From NCBI GenBank assembly GCA_005223125.1, contig NJBH01000006.1, positions 97,507 to 161,506 of the forward strand: DNA of 64,000 bases, in the 5' to 3' direction. Below are positions 37,261 through 47,577 of the stretch, piece after piece; position 1 is the stretch's first letter; each line of letters begins with the position of its first letter. Below the pieces are notes generated by a model. The model saw only the letters and a program-made list of their open reading frames with translations, had not been told where the DNA came from and did not search any database. Made by a program: the position numbers and the translations under genes. This DNA comes from Promethearchaeota archaeon Loki_b32. GTDB taxonomy: Archaea; Asgardarchaeota; Lokiarchaeia; Sigyniarchaeales; SOKP01.

Positions 37261-38097
37261 CTATTTTATTAAATAATTCTTTTTATGAGTTTTTCCAGTA
37301 TTTTTAATTTCATCAATAATTTCTTTTAAAGAGTTTCCATTATCTTTAAGGATGTGATTTTCGATGAAAGTACCCATAACAATAATATCTGCTCCAGCTT
37401 CCACAAAAGATCTAGCATCTTCTTTATTATCAACTCCTCCTCCAGCAATTATAGGAATATTTAAAACTGACGAACAAGTTTTTATATGTTCTGTTGGAAT
37501 TCTCTCACCACCAGAACCAGCCTCTAAATATATAATTTTAAAACCAAACATCTCTGCCGCTAAAGCATAAGCGGCTGTTAATTTAGGTTTTTTTCTAGGT
37601 AGTAATTTGGCATTTCCTATCCACCCCGCACTCCCTCCAGGTTCAATTATTAAGTATGCCATCGAAATATATTCTAAGTTAAAAGATTTAATTGTATATG
37701 AAGCAAGTGCTTGTTGACCGACTATGGAATAAGGATCTGATGAGTTCAATAATGACATAAAGAATAATGCATCAGCATACTGAGATATATTACTAATACC
37801 TCCAGGAAAAATAATTATAGGCACTTTAACTTTGCTTTTTATTGTCTGAATTGTTTTATCAACAAAGTTTTGATCAAAAACAGTACTTCCACCAATTAAA
37901 ATTGCATCAGTTCCTGCATCTTCTGCATATTTTGCCATTTTAGCAGCTTTAATTGGACTTTGTCTTAATGGATCTGGGTCTATTAAAGAAAATTGTAAAG
38001 TTCCTTCATTATTAATTTTTTTAATCAAATATTCATAAGTACTTTTTTCTATATATTCATCAATTACAATATCTACCATATCATTCACAATTTTCAT
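37261..38097 (-). CDS. Geranylgeranylglyceryl phosphate synthase
   Basis: LIDPD, IGGS, FPG, SLLNS, YLEAGSG, GGG, ADIIVMGT. Confidence 0.92.
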   Translation of the reverse strand: MKIVNDMVDIVIDEYIEKSTYEYLIKKINNEGTLQFSLIDPDPLRQSPIKAAKMAKYAEDAGTDAILIGGSTVFDQNFVDKTIQTIKSKVKVPIIIFPGGISNISQYADALFFMSLLNSSDPYSIVGQQALASYTIKSFNLEYISMAYLIIEPGGSAGWIGNAKLLPRKKPKLTAAYALAAEMFGFKIIYLEAGSGGERIPTEHIKTCSSVLNIPIIAGGGVDNKEDARSFVEAGADIIVMGTFIENHILKDNGNSLKEIIDEIKNTGKTHKKNYLIK

Positions 38098-38098
38098 T

Positions 38099-39487
38099 CT
38101 ATTTATTTTTTTTAGTACTTACAATCATTTTTTTAATTTTATCATAAATTTCAATAACCTTTTCTTTCCAATTGGAAAACTGATTTAGATTTTTAGGGAA
38201 ATTTTTATAAAGTTTCGAAATCTCGTTCATTCTTATTCTAAGATAATTTAGATCTAATAATAAATTCGGATTAGAAATTCCTTTAAAAGCTTTAACTGCC
38301 ATATTTACCAAAGATAAGTTTAACTCACCGCTAAAGGAAATTTCTAGAATTTCTTCTCCAGTTAATAAATCACGTTCTAAGCCAAAATTCAAATCTTTAT
38401 TTGAAAGTGATTGAAGAACAATTCTTAATAAATCTAATGAAGCAAATTCAGCTCCAAAACTAGTCATTACATTGTAATTATAATCCCATAATTCATTTAT
38501 AGAATTATTATTGTTTTCTATAGCGTGAACTGCTGAATTTGCAGCATGATATCCAGCTCGCATTGATGGATCTATTCCGCCACCATGAAGTGGATTGACT
38601 TGACATGCTGAATCTCCTACAAGGATAAATCCATTATCAGCACAGGACCATAGTGGTCTTCTAACAGGAACAACACCCCCTCCTGACGAAAGAATATCAA
38701 CTTTAGATGTTTTAATAAATTCATTATATACATTCATTTTATAGAGATCTTTTACTTTACCTCGATAATCCATAAATGCTCCAATTCCGATATTTACTGA
38801 TGATTCATTTTTTGGAAAATACCAAATATATCCTCCTGGTGCTTTTTCTTGATCAAGAATTAAAGTAATATATTCAGGATCTTGAACTTCTTGGTCTTTA
38901 GGTGAAAATTTCACTATCTCTCTATAACATAAAATACTATCTTCTCTCAAAACATCCTTTTCAATTAATGAACTTCTAACTTTTTTTCTTAAAGGAGAGT
39001 AAAAACCACTAGCATCAATTATAATATTTGCCCTGAGATCCACCTTTTCTCCATTTTCTAATTTAACTTGAACGCCATTAATAGTTCCATTTTTATATAA
39101 TAAATCTAAAACCATAGTTTTATCCAAGAATTTGTTTACACCGGCATCAAGAGCTTCATTTAATAATCTTTGTCCAAATTCTAATCTATTTACAATATAA
39201 CCTGTTTGCTTTGGATCTACGAGGTTAATACATTTTTTAAGATTTGGCGAATATAGTTTCGCTCCTTTTATATGGCATGATAGCTCTTCATCTTTTGGAT
39301 GGTTTATTTTTAAAATGTCAAAAATTTCATTTCCTACAGCATCACCACATATTTTATCTCCAATATCTTCTCTTTTCTTTCTATCAATTAGACATACATT
39401 TAAACCCTTCTTTGCAGTAAATCTTGCAGCGGTGGTTCCGCCTGTACCAGCTCCGACTATTATAACATCAAAAAATTTGTTTTCCAT
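38099..39487 (-). CDS. Geranylgeranyl reductase (digeranylgeranylglycerophospholipid reductase family)
   Basis: GAGTGG, KICGDA, PGGYIWYFP, VGDSA..NPLHGGGI. Confidence 0.9.
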   Translation of the reverse strand: MENKFFDVIIVGAGTGGTTAARFTAKKGLNVCLIDRKKREDIGDKICGDAVGNEIFDILKINHPKDEELSCHIKGAKLYSPNLKKCINLVDPKQTGYIVNRLEFGQRLLNEALDAGVNKFLDKTMVLDLLYKNGTINGVQVKLENGEKVDLRANIIIDASGFYSPLRKKVRSSLIEKDVLREDSILCYREIVKFSPKDQEVQDPEYITLILDQEKAPGGYIWYFPKNESSVNIGIGAFMDYRGKVKDLYKMNVYNEFIKTSKVDILSSGGGVVPVRRPLWSCADNGFILVGDSACQVNPLHGGGIDPSMRAGYHAANSAVHAIENNNNSINELWDYNYNVMTSFGAEFASLDLLRIVLQSLSNKDLNFGLERDLLTGEEILEISFSGELNLSLVNMAVKAFKGISNPNLLLDLNYLRIRMNEISKLYKNFPKNLNQFSNWKEKVIEIYDKIKKMIVSTKKNK

Positions 39488-39540
39488 AATAAATTATAAT
39501 TTAAATAACTTCTTGAGATATATTATTAAATTTTATGGGG

Positions 39541-40296
39541 TTAAAGGAAAGTTAAAGTTAAAAGGTAAATAATTATTGTACTGCCAATGGGAACAGTTAA
39601 ATCGTCATAAGTGCTTGGAGAAATTAGTTCGATAAAAGTTGCAATAAGACTAGTAATTAGAGAATATATTAAAACAGTAGGTAAAGACAAAGGATCCTGA
39701 AAAGTAGGAATTAACAAACCAAATAGGTAAAACGAGAGAAAGCATAATAGATATGCTGTGGTAAAAAATGTTAATGAACCCTCTAGTGTTCTTTTTGAAT
39801 TTGTCCAAGGTAGACTTATACCAATCTTTCCCCAACGTTTTCCGATAATTGAAGCTAATGTATCAGCGACTATCATTATTAATACTCCTGCGATTGGAAA
39901 GTAGAATTGATCGGGAGAAAATATCCCGAAAATGAAAACTAAAGATGTAATTGAAAGACAATAAAAAAAAGGACCTTGCAGAAAAGCTCTTTTTAATCCT
40001 TCTTCTTGTTCCTCAGATATTGCATCATATAAATCTTTTAGTTGTTTCACTTTTGATTCTTTTGAACTTAAATAAACAAACACAGTTAATGTTCCTGCAA
40101 CAATTGTAGGCCAAAATGGCCAAAAATAAAATGGAGAGCTTAATATTGCTAATCCTGCGAACATATGAACAGCCTTTCTCGCTGAAAATTTAGATATTTT
40201 TTCTTTTTTATACAAAAAAAGGGGGATAAAAATCGTCAAGAGAACATAAAAGAATGTAATTCCGACAATTCCAAGGTCAGTGAAAATGTTACTCAT
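39541..40296 (-). CDS. CTP-dependent polyprenol/diacylglycerol kinase family (phytol/dolichol kinase-like)
   Basis: ARKAVH, GP..Y, ADTLASIIGKRWG, RTLEGS, DDLTVP. Multi-TM. Confidence 0.8.
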   Translation of the reverse strand: MSNIFTDLGIVGITFFYVLLTIFIPLFLYKKEKISKFSARKAVHMFAGLAILSSPFYFWPFWPTIVAGTLTVFVYLSSKESKVKQLKDLYDAISEEQEEGLKRAFLQGPFFYCLSITSLVFIFGIFSPDQFYFPIAGVLIMIVADTLASIIGKRWGKIGISLPWTNSKRTLEGSLTFFTTAYLLCFLSFYLFGLLIPTFQDPLSLPTVLIYSLITSLIATFIELISPSTYDDLTVPIGSTIIIYLLTLTFL

Positions 40297-40397
40297 TTTA
40301 GTATCAAATCGTATAATTGTTAAACCAAAAAAGTATTCTTACTTTAAAGACTTTATTAACACATGCGATTTTATTACAAATAAGAATATGAAAGTTC

Positions 40398-41531
40398 TTA
40401 TATTAGCATTTTTGAATTACTTTCATGTCCACTTCTTATTTTATCAGCAATAATCTTAAATCGAGGCAAAGCATGTATGTAAAATTTTTTCCATCCCTTA
40501 CATAAGACGCTTAATATATTTGAATTTTGAGATTTTCCTATACGGAACTTTTGGCAATCTCCATTGCATAAATTAATGAAAGGACATGAATTACAGCTTA
40601 GATGCCATTTAGATTTTTGTTGACCAAATTTATGATAAATTGGCGATTTTAAAAGATCTTCCCAAGTATCTTCAAGTATATTCCCTAATAAAAGGTCTTT
40701 TCGAACAAAAAAATCACAAGGATAAACACTTCCATCATATTCTACTACGAAATATTGACAACAGTCTGTCCCCATATGACATACATTATATCGCTTATAT
40801 ACCAAATATTCCAAGATTGAATCAAAAAGACGAATAGAAATTTGATTTATATCTTCTTTTATCCATAGATCAAATAGATCACAGAGAAAAGTCCCCCATT
40901 GGTCACCTGTTATAGAAAAAGGCTGTGGATTATTGTTTTGATCAAATTCAACGCAAGGAATATATTGATGGTAATAAAAACCTTGATCTCGTAGAAATTG
41001 ATAAATTTCATCTGCTTTTTTTACATTTTCATTGTTTACAAGAATTAGAATATTGAACTCAACCTTATTCTGCCTTAAACGCTCAATACCACGCATAACT
41101 AAGTTATGAGTTGGTTTTTTACCTAAAGTTTTTCTATAGTAATCGTGTAGATAGGCAGGTCCATCAAGACTTACTCCAAGTAGAAATTTATATTCACTGA
41201 GAAACTTGGCTAAATCGTCCGTAATAAGAGTACCGTTTGTTTGAAGTCCATTACTTATAACTGCCCCAGAGGGTGCATAGAGTTTTTGAAATTCTATAGC
41301 TTTTTTAAAGAATTTTAACCCTATTATCATTGGTTCTCCACCTTGCCACCCAAACGCATAATTATTATTTTGATTTGTCTGCATATAGCTTACTATCATT
41401 GTTTCTAATACTTCATCTGACATACGAGGAGTACCCTCTACATTTTCAAGGTGATCTATATAAAAGCAGTATTTACATCTTAGATTGCAATCTGCTGAAG
41501 CTGGTTTAATTAACAATGAAAAGGGGTTCAT
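40398..41531 (-). CDS. Anaerobic sulfatase maturase (radical SAM/SPASM)
   Basis: KPASADCNLRCKYCFY, WQGGEP, QTNG, SLDG, VYPCD, C..C....CNGDC. Confidence 0.9.
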   Translation of the reverse strand: MNPFSLLIKPASADCNLRCKYCFYIDHLENVEGTPRMSDEVLETMIVSYMQTNQNNNYAFGWQGGEPMIIGLKFFKKAIEFQKLYAPSGAVISNGLQTNGTLITDDLAKFLSEYKFLLGVSLDGPAYLHDYYRKTLGKKPTHNLVMRGIERLRQNKVEFNILILVNNENVKKADEIYQFLRDQGFYYHQYIPCVEFDQNNNPQPFSITGDQWGTFLCDLFDLWIKEDINQISIRLFDSILEYLVYKRYNVCHMGTDCCQYFVVEYDGSVYPCDFFVRKDLLLGNILEDTWEDLLKSPIYHKFGQQKSKWHLSCNSCPFINLCNGDCQKFRIGKSQNSNILSVLCKGWKKFYIHALPRFKIIADKIRSGHESNSKMLI

Positions 41532-41658
41532 AATTTAAGTTTTAACACATCTTAAAGTTCTAAAGCACTTTTTAATATTATGTATAAAATTTTATAAAGA
41601 TTTATAATTTCGAGCTAATTTATTAGAGTAATGAATACATTATGTTAATTTTAGAAAT

Positions 41659-42924
41659 ATGCTTAGAGTAGGATTAATAGGCTGTGGTGATATTGCAAAC
41701 CTAAATGTTTTAGGTTATCTTCATTCTCCAAAAACCGAACTTGTTAGTGTGGCAGATATAAATATTAAAAATGCCGCTGAAAAACTTGAAAGATGGGGCT
41801 TGAGGTCATTAAAGGTCTACTCTGATTACCGTAAAATGGTTGATCACGAGGATTTGGATATTGTGGAAATTTTAACGCCTCATCATCTTCATGGAACTAT
41901 GACAGAATATTGTGCGAGAGCAGGAATTTCTGGAATTTCAGTACAGAAACCGTTAGCGCACACTATTACTGATTGTGAAAAAATAATTCAAGTTTGTAAA
42001 GAAGAAAATGTTATATTGAAACTTTATGAGAACTTTAGATTTTACCCCGTATATGTAAAAGCAAAAAAATTATTAGAACAAGGTATAATAGGAGAACCTT
42101 TAAATTTTAGAATAAACACCATAAGAACTGGAGGTCCTAGTATGCCATTAGATATTAAAGCTCTTATCTGGCGTCGTAAAACTGAACTCTGTGGAGGGGG
42201 TTCATTGATCTATGATGATGGAATCCATAAATTTTCTATGGCATTATGGTTAATGGGTGAAGAAAGGGTTGAAAGTGTATATTGCTGGATTGATTTCTTT
42301 TCTACAGTACAAGATTCTCCTAGTAATATATTTTGGAAATATCCAAGGAAGAATTTAAATGACCCACCTAAGCATGGTTCTATGCAATTCACACTTGCTC
42401 CAAATCTATATTATCCAAGTAATTATTATGATTGTGATGAATTTATTGAGATTTCAGGAACAAAAGGTATTATGTGGATAAATCAATGTACTTCCGGAGG
42501 TAATTTTCTTTCTAAAAATCCTCAATTTCCGCCAATTGTAGTATACACTGGAGGAGAAGATAACTCTTATGGAGAAGATTTACCACGAGATTGGAGATAT
42601 TCTTTTATTAATTCAACTGAACACTTTATTAATGTTATAAAAAATGGAGGAGAACCAATATATACAGGAGAACAGGGTAGAGACTTATGTATATTTGCTA
42701 AAATGCCACATATTTCTTATCAACAAAATCGAATTGTATTTTGGGAGGAAATATCTGTTGAAAGCGAAAAGGATCAATCTTGTATTGTAGAAAAACCAAT
42801 GGATGTTGATGGGGCTATATTTAGAAAATTTCTAAGAAATATACGATTAGATTTCAAGAAAGGGGTAAAGGAAGGGCTAGAACATAAAGTTTTAAAATTT
42901 GATAAAGATATATTACTAGAGTAA
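41659..42924 (+). CDS. Gfo/Idh/MocA family oxidoreductase
   Basis: IGCGDIA, TPHHLH, QKP, ENFRF, GGGSLIYDDGIH. Confidence 0.9.
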   Translation: MLRVGLIGCGDIANLNVLGYLHSPKTELVSVADINIKNAAEKLERWGLRSLKVYSDYRKMVDHEDLDIVEILTPHHLHGTMTEYCARAGISGISVQKPLAHTITDCEKIIQVCKEENVILKLYENFRFYPVYVKAKKLLEQGIIGEPLNFRINTIRTGGPSMPLDIKALIWRRKTELCGGGSLIYDDGIHKFSMALWLMGEERVESVYCWIDFFSTVQDSPSNIFWKYPRKNLNDPPKHGSMQFTLAPNLYYPSNYYDCDEFIEISGTKGIMWINQCTSGGNFLSKNPQFPPIVVYTGGEDNSYGEDLPRDWRYSFINSTEHFINVIKNGGEPIYTGEQGRDLCIFAKMPHISYQQNRIVFWEEISVESEKDQSCIVEKPMDVDGAIFRKFLRNIRLDFKKGVKEGLEHKVLKFDKDILLE

Positions 42925-42928
42925 TTGT

Positions 42929-44029
42929 TTAATCAAGAAATATCTCTTTCCCTTTTTCAACGGATTTTATTGCACTCAAATTGAATTTTAATATTGATCT
43001 CGCCTGTTCACCAGATAGTATTGGATTTTTATTGTTCTTTACAGCCTCTATAAAATAATTCGTTGCATTAATAAAACTATATTTCCAATCTTTTTCGAAA
43101 TCTCTATATGTTTCTACTTTACCATCTCTAATAATCACGATAGGAGGAAATATTTCTGATTCTGACATTTTATTTCCTATTGATGTGCCTTGGTTTATCT
43201 TCATAATCCCCCGACTAGCTATAATTTCAATAAATTCATCAACAGGATAGTATTTTGAATCAGAAAAATTCATCTCTGGTAACAATGCAAATTCCATATT
43301 ACCATATTGAGGAACTAAATGTTCTTTATTTTGTTTATATTTAAACATCACATAGGCAGGAGCATCAAGACCTTGATATTTATCTGTCCATACGAAAACT
43401 TTTTCAATTTCTTCATTAAAAAACCACCATGCTAAAGAAAAAGCGTGCCATCCATTATCCAATAGAATTGGTGAACCACCATGCGCACCACCAATTTTTT
43501 TAGGATCTTTTCGCCATTTTTCAGCACTTTCTGGGATTTCCCAACCCCCTTTAGCACCAATAGCAGTCTTAATTCGAATTGAGGATGGATCACCAATGTA
43601 ATCACTATCCAATAATTCTTTTGCTTTCATGATATGAGGTGCAAAAATAAAATTCTCATAAATTGAAAGAATTGATCCTGATTGTTTACAAGCCTCAATC
43701 ATCTTATCAGCTTCTTCTAAAGTCAAGGCCATTGGTTTTTGTACAGAAATTCCTTTGATTTCATTCTGAGCGGCATAAACGGTCGCAACATTATGAAGGT
43801 GATGAGGTAAAAGTATCTCAACAATATCTAAATCTTCATTATCTAACATCTCCTTATAATCAGAATATATTGGGATATTCTTATTTAAACTAAATTTTTT
43901 AACTTTTTGCTTAGCTTTTTCAATAGTTCTATTACATAGACATGTGATTTCTACGTCTGTTCTATTTAAATATCCAAGAACATTTAAATCGAATATGACA
44001 CCCGTTCCAATTATCCCTACTTTTAACAT
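42929..44029 (-). CDS. Gfo/Idh/MocA family oxidoreductase (paralog)
   Basis: IGTG, LPHHLH, QKPMA, ENFIF, LLDNGWH. Confidence 0.9.
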   Translation of the reverse strand: MLKVGIIGTGVIFDLNVLGYLNRTDVEITCLCNRTIEKAKQKVKKFSLNKNIPIYSDYKEMLDNEDLDIVEILLPHHLHNVATVYAAQNEIKGISVQKPMALTLEEADKMIEACKQSGSILSIYENFIFAPHIMKAKELLDSDYIGDPSSIRIKTAIGAKGGWEIPESAEKWRKDPKKIGGAHGGSPILLDNGWHAFSLAWWFFNEEIEKVFVWTDKYQGLDAPAYVMFKYKQNKEHLVPQYGNMEFALLPEMNFSDSKYYPVDEFIEIIASRGIMKINQGTSIGNKMSESEIFPPIVIIRDGKVETYRDFEKDWKYSFINATNYFIEAVKNNKNPILSGEQARSILKFNLSAIKSVEKGKEIFLD

Positions 44030-44119
44030 AAAATATTCAAACTGAGAATAATTAATTAAATTTATATAATTTCTATTTGTAAATATAGTTATCTAAAGAA
44101 GGATAGAAGGTAATTACTA

Positions 44120-45022
44120 TTGATTGATGAATTATATCAGTATCTTAAATCGTTTTTTGAAACAAGTAAGCTCAATCTTCTTCATGAAAATTATGGTGGA
44201 AGACGGATATTCTCCGATCCTATAATTGGCGTTGCTAGAGGTGATGATCCAATTTTTCAGAAATTCAAAGAGGTTGTAGGACCAGAGCACTTATCACCTC
44301 GTGAACTATGGCTAGCTGAAGGTCAAGAAAATCTATTAGCTTCAAATCTACGTATAATTTCGATAGTTTTTCCTTATGTTGATAAAATTCGCAAGGAAAG
44401 CAAGAATGTAAAGAAATTATTACGAGTTACACTTCCTGCAGAGATTTATTCTGTCGGAAGGAATTATGCGAACATATTTAAACAAGAAACCTGTAAGAAA
44501 ATAATTGAATTTTTTAATGAAAAAAGTTATAAAGCGGTAGCTGGTATGCTAAGCGAATCATTTACTATAATGGTAAAGGGAAATTTTTACTCCACATGGT
44601 CAGAACGCCATATGGCATTTGCTACAGGTTTGGGAACTTTTAGTTTACATGGATGGTTGATTACTGATGTTGGTTGTAATATTAGGTTAGCTTCTGTTGT
44701 AACTGATGCGCCTTTTAAAATTACTCAAAGAAAAAATGATGATCCTTATGCAAATTGCTTATATTATTCAAAAGGGACTTGTAGAGAATGTGAAAAGAGA
44801 TGCCCTGCTAATGCTATTGATGAAAATGGTCATAATAAAATAAAATGTCGTGATTATGGGCAAAAAATTGCAAGAAAAATAATAGCTCGTATTGGTCCAA
44901 TATTGAAACCTCATATCCGTTGTGTGAATTGGAAATTAAGACCCCCTAGTTATCCTGTTGGATGTGCATTTTGTCAATTTGAAGTTCCATGTATGGATAA
45001 AAATCCAACAGCAAAAATGTAA
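44120..45022 (+). CDS. QueG/reductive-dehalogenase-like cobalamin- and Fe-S-binding protein
   Basis: SERHMAFATGLG, G.NIRLASVVTD, C..C..C...CPANAI, CAFCQFEVPC. Confidence 0.75.
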   Translation: MIDELYQYLKSFFETSKLNLLHENYGGRRIFSDPIIGVARGDDPIFQKFKEVVGPEHLSPRELWLAEGQENLLASNLRIISIVFPYVDKIRKESKNVKKLLRVTLPAEIYSVGRNYANIFKQETCKKIIEFFNEKSYKAVAGMLSESFTIMVKGNFYSTWSERHMAFATGLGTFSLHGWLITDVGCNIRLASVVTDAPFKITQRKNDDPYANCLYYSKGTCRECEKRCPANAIDENGHNKIKCRDYGQKIARKIIARIGPILKPHIRCVNWKLRPPSYPVGCAFCQFEVPCMDKNPTAKM

Positions 45023-45052
45023 ATAAGTTAATTAAATTATGATAGAGTCATC

Positions 45053-45814
45053 ATGTTTAAACATGCAATTGTGAGAAATGTAGCAAGAAAGTTTCAAGAT
45101 GGTATAACATCTTGTAATTTAGGAAAACCTGATTATAATAAGGCAGTTATTCAGCATTCTGATTATATTAAAGCATTGAAAAAATGTGGTCTAAGAATCT
45201 TTCAATTGAATGCTGATGAAAAATTTCCTGATTCTACTTTTGTTGAAGATACTACTATTGTTAATAAAGATGTAGCAATAATCACTAATTTAGGTGTAAC
45301 AAGTAGAAAAGGTGAAGAATTAGAAATAAAAAAAGTTTTAGAGAGATTCTACGATAATATTGAGTATATTAAGAATCCTGGAACACTTGAAGGTGGAGAT
45401 ATCTTAAAAGTAGAAAATCAATATTATATAGGACTTTCTAAGCGAACAAATAAAGAAGGGGCAAAACAATTAACAGAGATCTTAGAAAAATATGACTATT
45501 CATGCTCAACTATACAATTAGTTAACTTCCTTCATTTAAAAACTGGAGTGGCATATATTGGGGATAATAATTTAATTGTATCCGGAGAACTTATTGATAA
45601 TCCCATCTTCAAGAAATGTAATATAATCAGAGTTGATTACGATGAGGGTTATGCAGCAAATTGTATAAGAGTAAATAAATATGTCCTAATTGCAAAAGAC
45701 TTTAAGAGACTTAAAAATTCAATATCAAATTTAGGATATAAAATACTTGAAATTGATATGTCAGAATTTAGAAAGATGGATGGAGGGCTCTCTTGTTTAT
45801 CTATTAGATTCTAA
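45053..45814 (+). CDS. Dimethylarginine dimethylaminohydrolase (amidinotransferase fold)
   Basis: FPDSTFVED, SRKGE, LEGGD, LHLKT, DGGLSCLS. Confidence 0.88.
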   Translation: MFKHAIVRNVARKFQDGITSCNLGKPDYNKAVIQHSDYIKALKKCGLRIFQLNADEKFPDSTFVEDTTIVNKDVAIITNLGVTSRKGEELEIKKVLERFYDNIEYIKNPGTLEGGDILKVENQYYIGLSKRTNKEGAKQLTEILEKYDYSCSTIQLVNFLHLKTGVAYIGDNNLIVSGELIDNPIFKKCNIIRVDYDEGYAANCIRVNKYVLIAKDFKRLKNSISNLGYKILEIDMSEFRKMDGGLSCLSIRF

Positions 45815-45898
45815 TAGTATTTAAATAAGAAGGAATATATTCTTTCTATTTTTTATCAAATAATTTTATATAATCTCTATATGTAAAATTAATTAATA

Positions 45899-47566
45899 AT
45901 GTCAATCAAGAAAGAAGAATTGAATCCTAGAAGAGCTTATGAAAGGGCATTATTTTTAGGATGTGGATATTCCTATGAGGATTTAGAAAGACCTAAAATT
46001 GCCATAGTGAATTCTTGGAATTCTATTAATCCAGGTCATATACACTTACTTAAATTGGCTCAGATTGTTAAGGAGGGTGTTAAAGAAACTGGTGGGACTC
46101 CGATGGAATTTAATACTATTGCTATTTGTGACGGTATTGCTAATTCAGGAAATTTCTCTAAATTTGTCTTACCCTCTCGAGAGATAATTGCTGCATCTAT
46201 TGAGTGCACTATAAAGGCTTACAATTTCGATGGAATGGTTATGTTATGTTCTTGTGATAAAATTATCCCAGGAATGCTTTTAGCAGCAGCAAGATGCAAC
46301 ATTCCTACAATCTTTTTAACTGGTGGTATTATGCTTCCTAAAACCTTTCGAGATGGACCACTTAAGGGTAAAACTTTTGTAACTTCTGATGTTAAAGAAG
46401 CAATTGGGGAGTATAATGCTGGTCTAATCTCAAGGGAAGATTTATTTCTAATTGAATCAGAAACATGTTGTTCTCCTGGAGCCTGTAATATGATGGGTAC
46501 AGCAAATACTATGGCGTGTATTGTTGAAGCTATGGGACTTTCTTTACCAGATTGTGCAACATTGAGCGCAGTTAGTAAAGAAAGAGAAAATATTTGTAAA
46601 GAGACTGGTAAGGTAATTATGAATTTAGTTGAAAGGGATTTAAAAGCTCTAGATTTCATCACTCACGATTCAATTGAAAATGCAATTAAGGTTGCTTTGT
46701 CATTTGGTGGATCCTCTAATATGATATTACATTTATGTGCATTATCGCATGAGATAGATGGCAATTTAAACCATTTTGATTTTGATAGAATTAGCAAATC
46801 TGTTCCTCTATTAGCCATATTCAAACCAAGTTCGGAATATACTCTCTCAGAGTTTCATGAAGCAGGAAGTGTTAAAGTTTTGATGAAAAAATTGTCAAAA
46901 TTGTTGAATTTATCAACGAAAACTGTTTTAGGTTTAAGTCTTAAAGAATATCTTGACAAGGTTGAATTTTATGATCATCAAATTATCAGGAGCTTAGAAG
47001 ATCCAATCTTGAGGGAAGGAGGAATTGCTATATTAAAAGGAAGTTTAGCACCTGAAGGAGCAATTATTAAACAAAGTGCGATCGATCCTAAAATGAAATA
47101 TTTTAAGGGCCCCGCTAAAGTATTTGAATGTGAGGAAGATTTAAAAAATGCTTTATTATCAAATACAATTGAAAAAGGAGATGTATTAGTTATACGTTAT
47201 GAAGGCCCAAAAGGTTCTCCAGGGATGAGAGAGTTATCAATTCCAGCAGCGATTTTAGTAGGGATGGGATTAGGTGATTCAGTAGCAATGATAACTGATG
47301 GAAGATATTCTGGGGCTACGAGAGGTCCTTGTATTGGGCATGTTTGTCCTGAAGCATTTGAAGGAGGACCGATAGCAGTTGTTCAAAATGGAGATGAAGT
47401 AGAAATTGATATTGATAATCGAAAATTAGATTTATTACTTCCTCAAGAGGAAATTGAGAGACGATTAAGCGATTGGGAAAGACCTGAAGCAAATATTAAA
47501 ACGGGATACTTAAACATTTATAGAAAAATCGTAAGCTCCGCGAAATATGGAGCATATTTAAAATAG
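45899..47566 (+). CDS. ilvD: Dihydroxy-acid dehydratase (IlvD/Edd family)
   Basis: [42 protein letters not shown]. Confidence 0.88.
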   Translation: MSIKKEELNPRRAYERALFLGCGYSYEDLERPKIAIVNSWNSINPGHIHLLKLAQIVKEGVKETGGTPMEFNTIAICDGIANSGNFSKFVLPSREIIAASIECTIKAYNFDGMVMLCSCDKIIPGMLLAAARCNIPTIFLTGGIMLPKTFRDGPLKGKTFVTSDVKEAIGEYNAGLISREDLFLIESETCCSPGACNMMGTANTMACIVEAMGLSLPDCATLSAVSKERENICKETGKVIMNLVERDLKALDFITHDSIENAIKVALSFGGSSNMILHLCALSHEIDGNLNHFDFDRISKSVPLLAIFKPSSEYTLSEFHEAGSVKVLMKKLSKLLNLSTKTVLGLSLKEYLDKVEFYDHQIIRSLEDPILREGGIAILKGSLAPEGAIIKQSAIDPKMKYFKGPAKVFECEEDLKNALLSNTIEKGDVLVIRYEGPKGSPGMRELSIPAAILVGMGLGDSVAMITDGRYSGATRGPCIGHVCPEAFEGGPIAVVQNGDEVEIDIDNRKLDLLLPQEEIERRLSDWERPEANIKTGYLNIYRKIVSSAKYGAYLK

Positions 47567-47577
47567 TAATCTGAATT

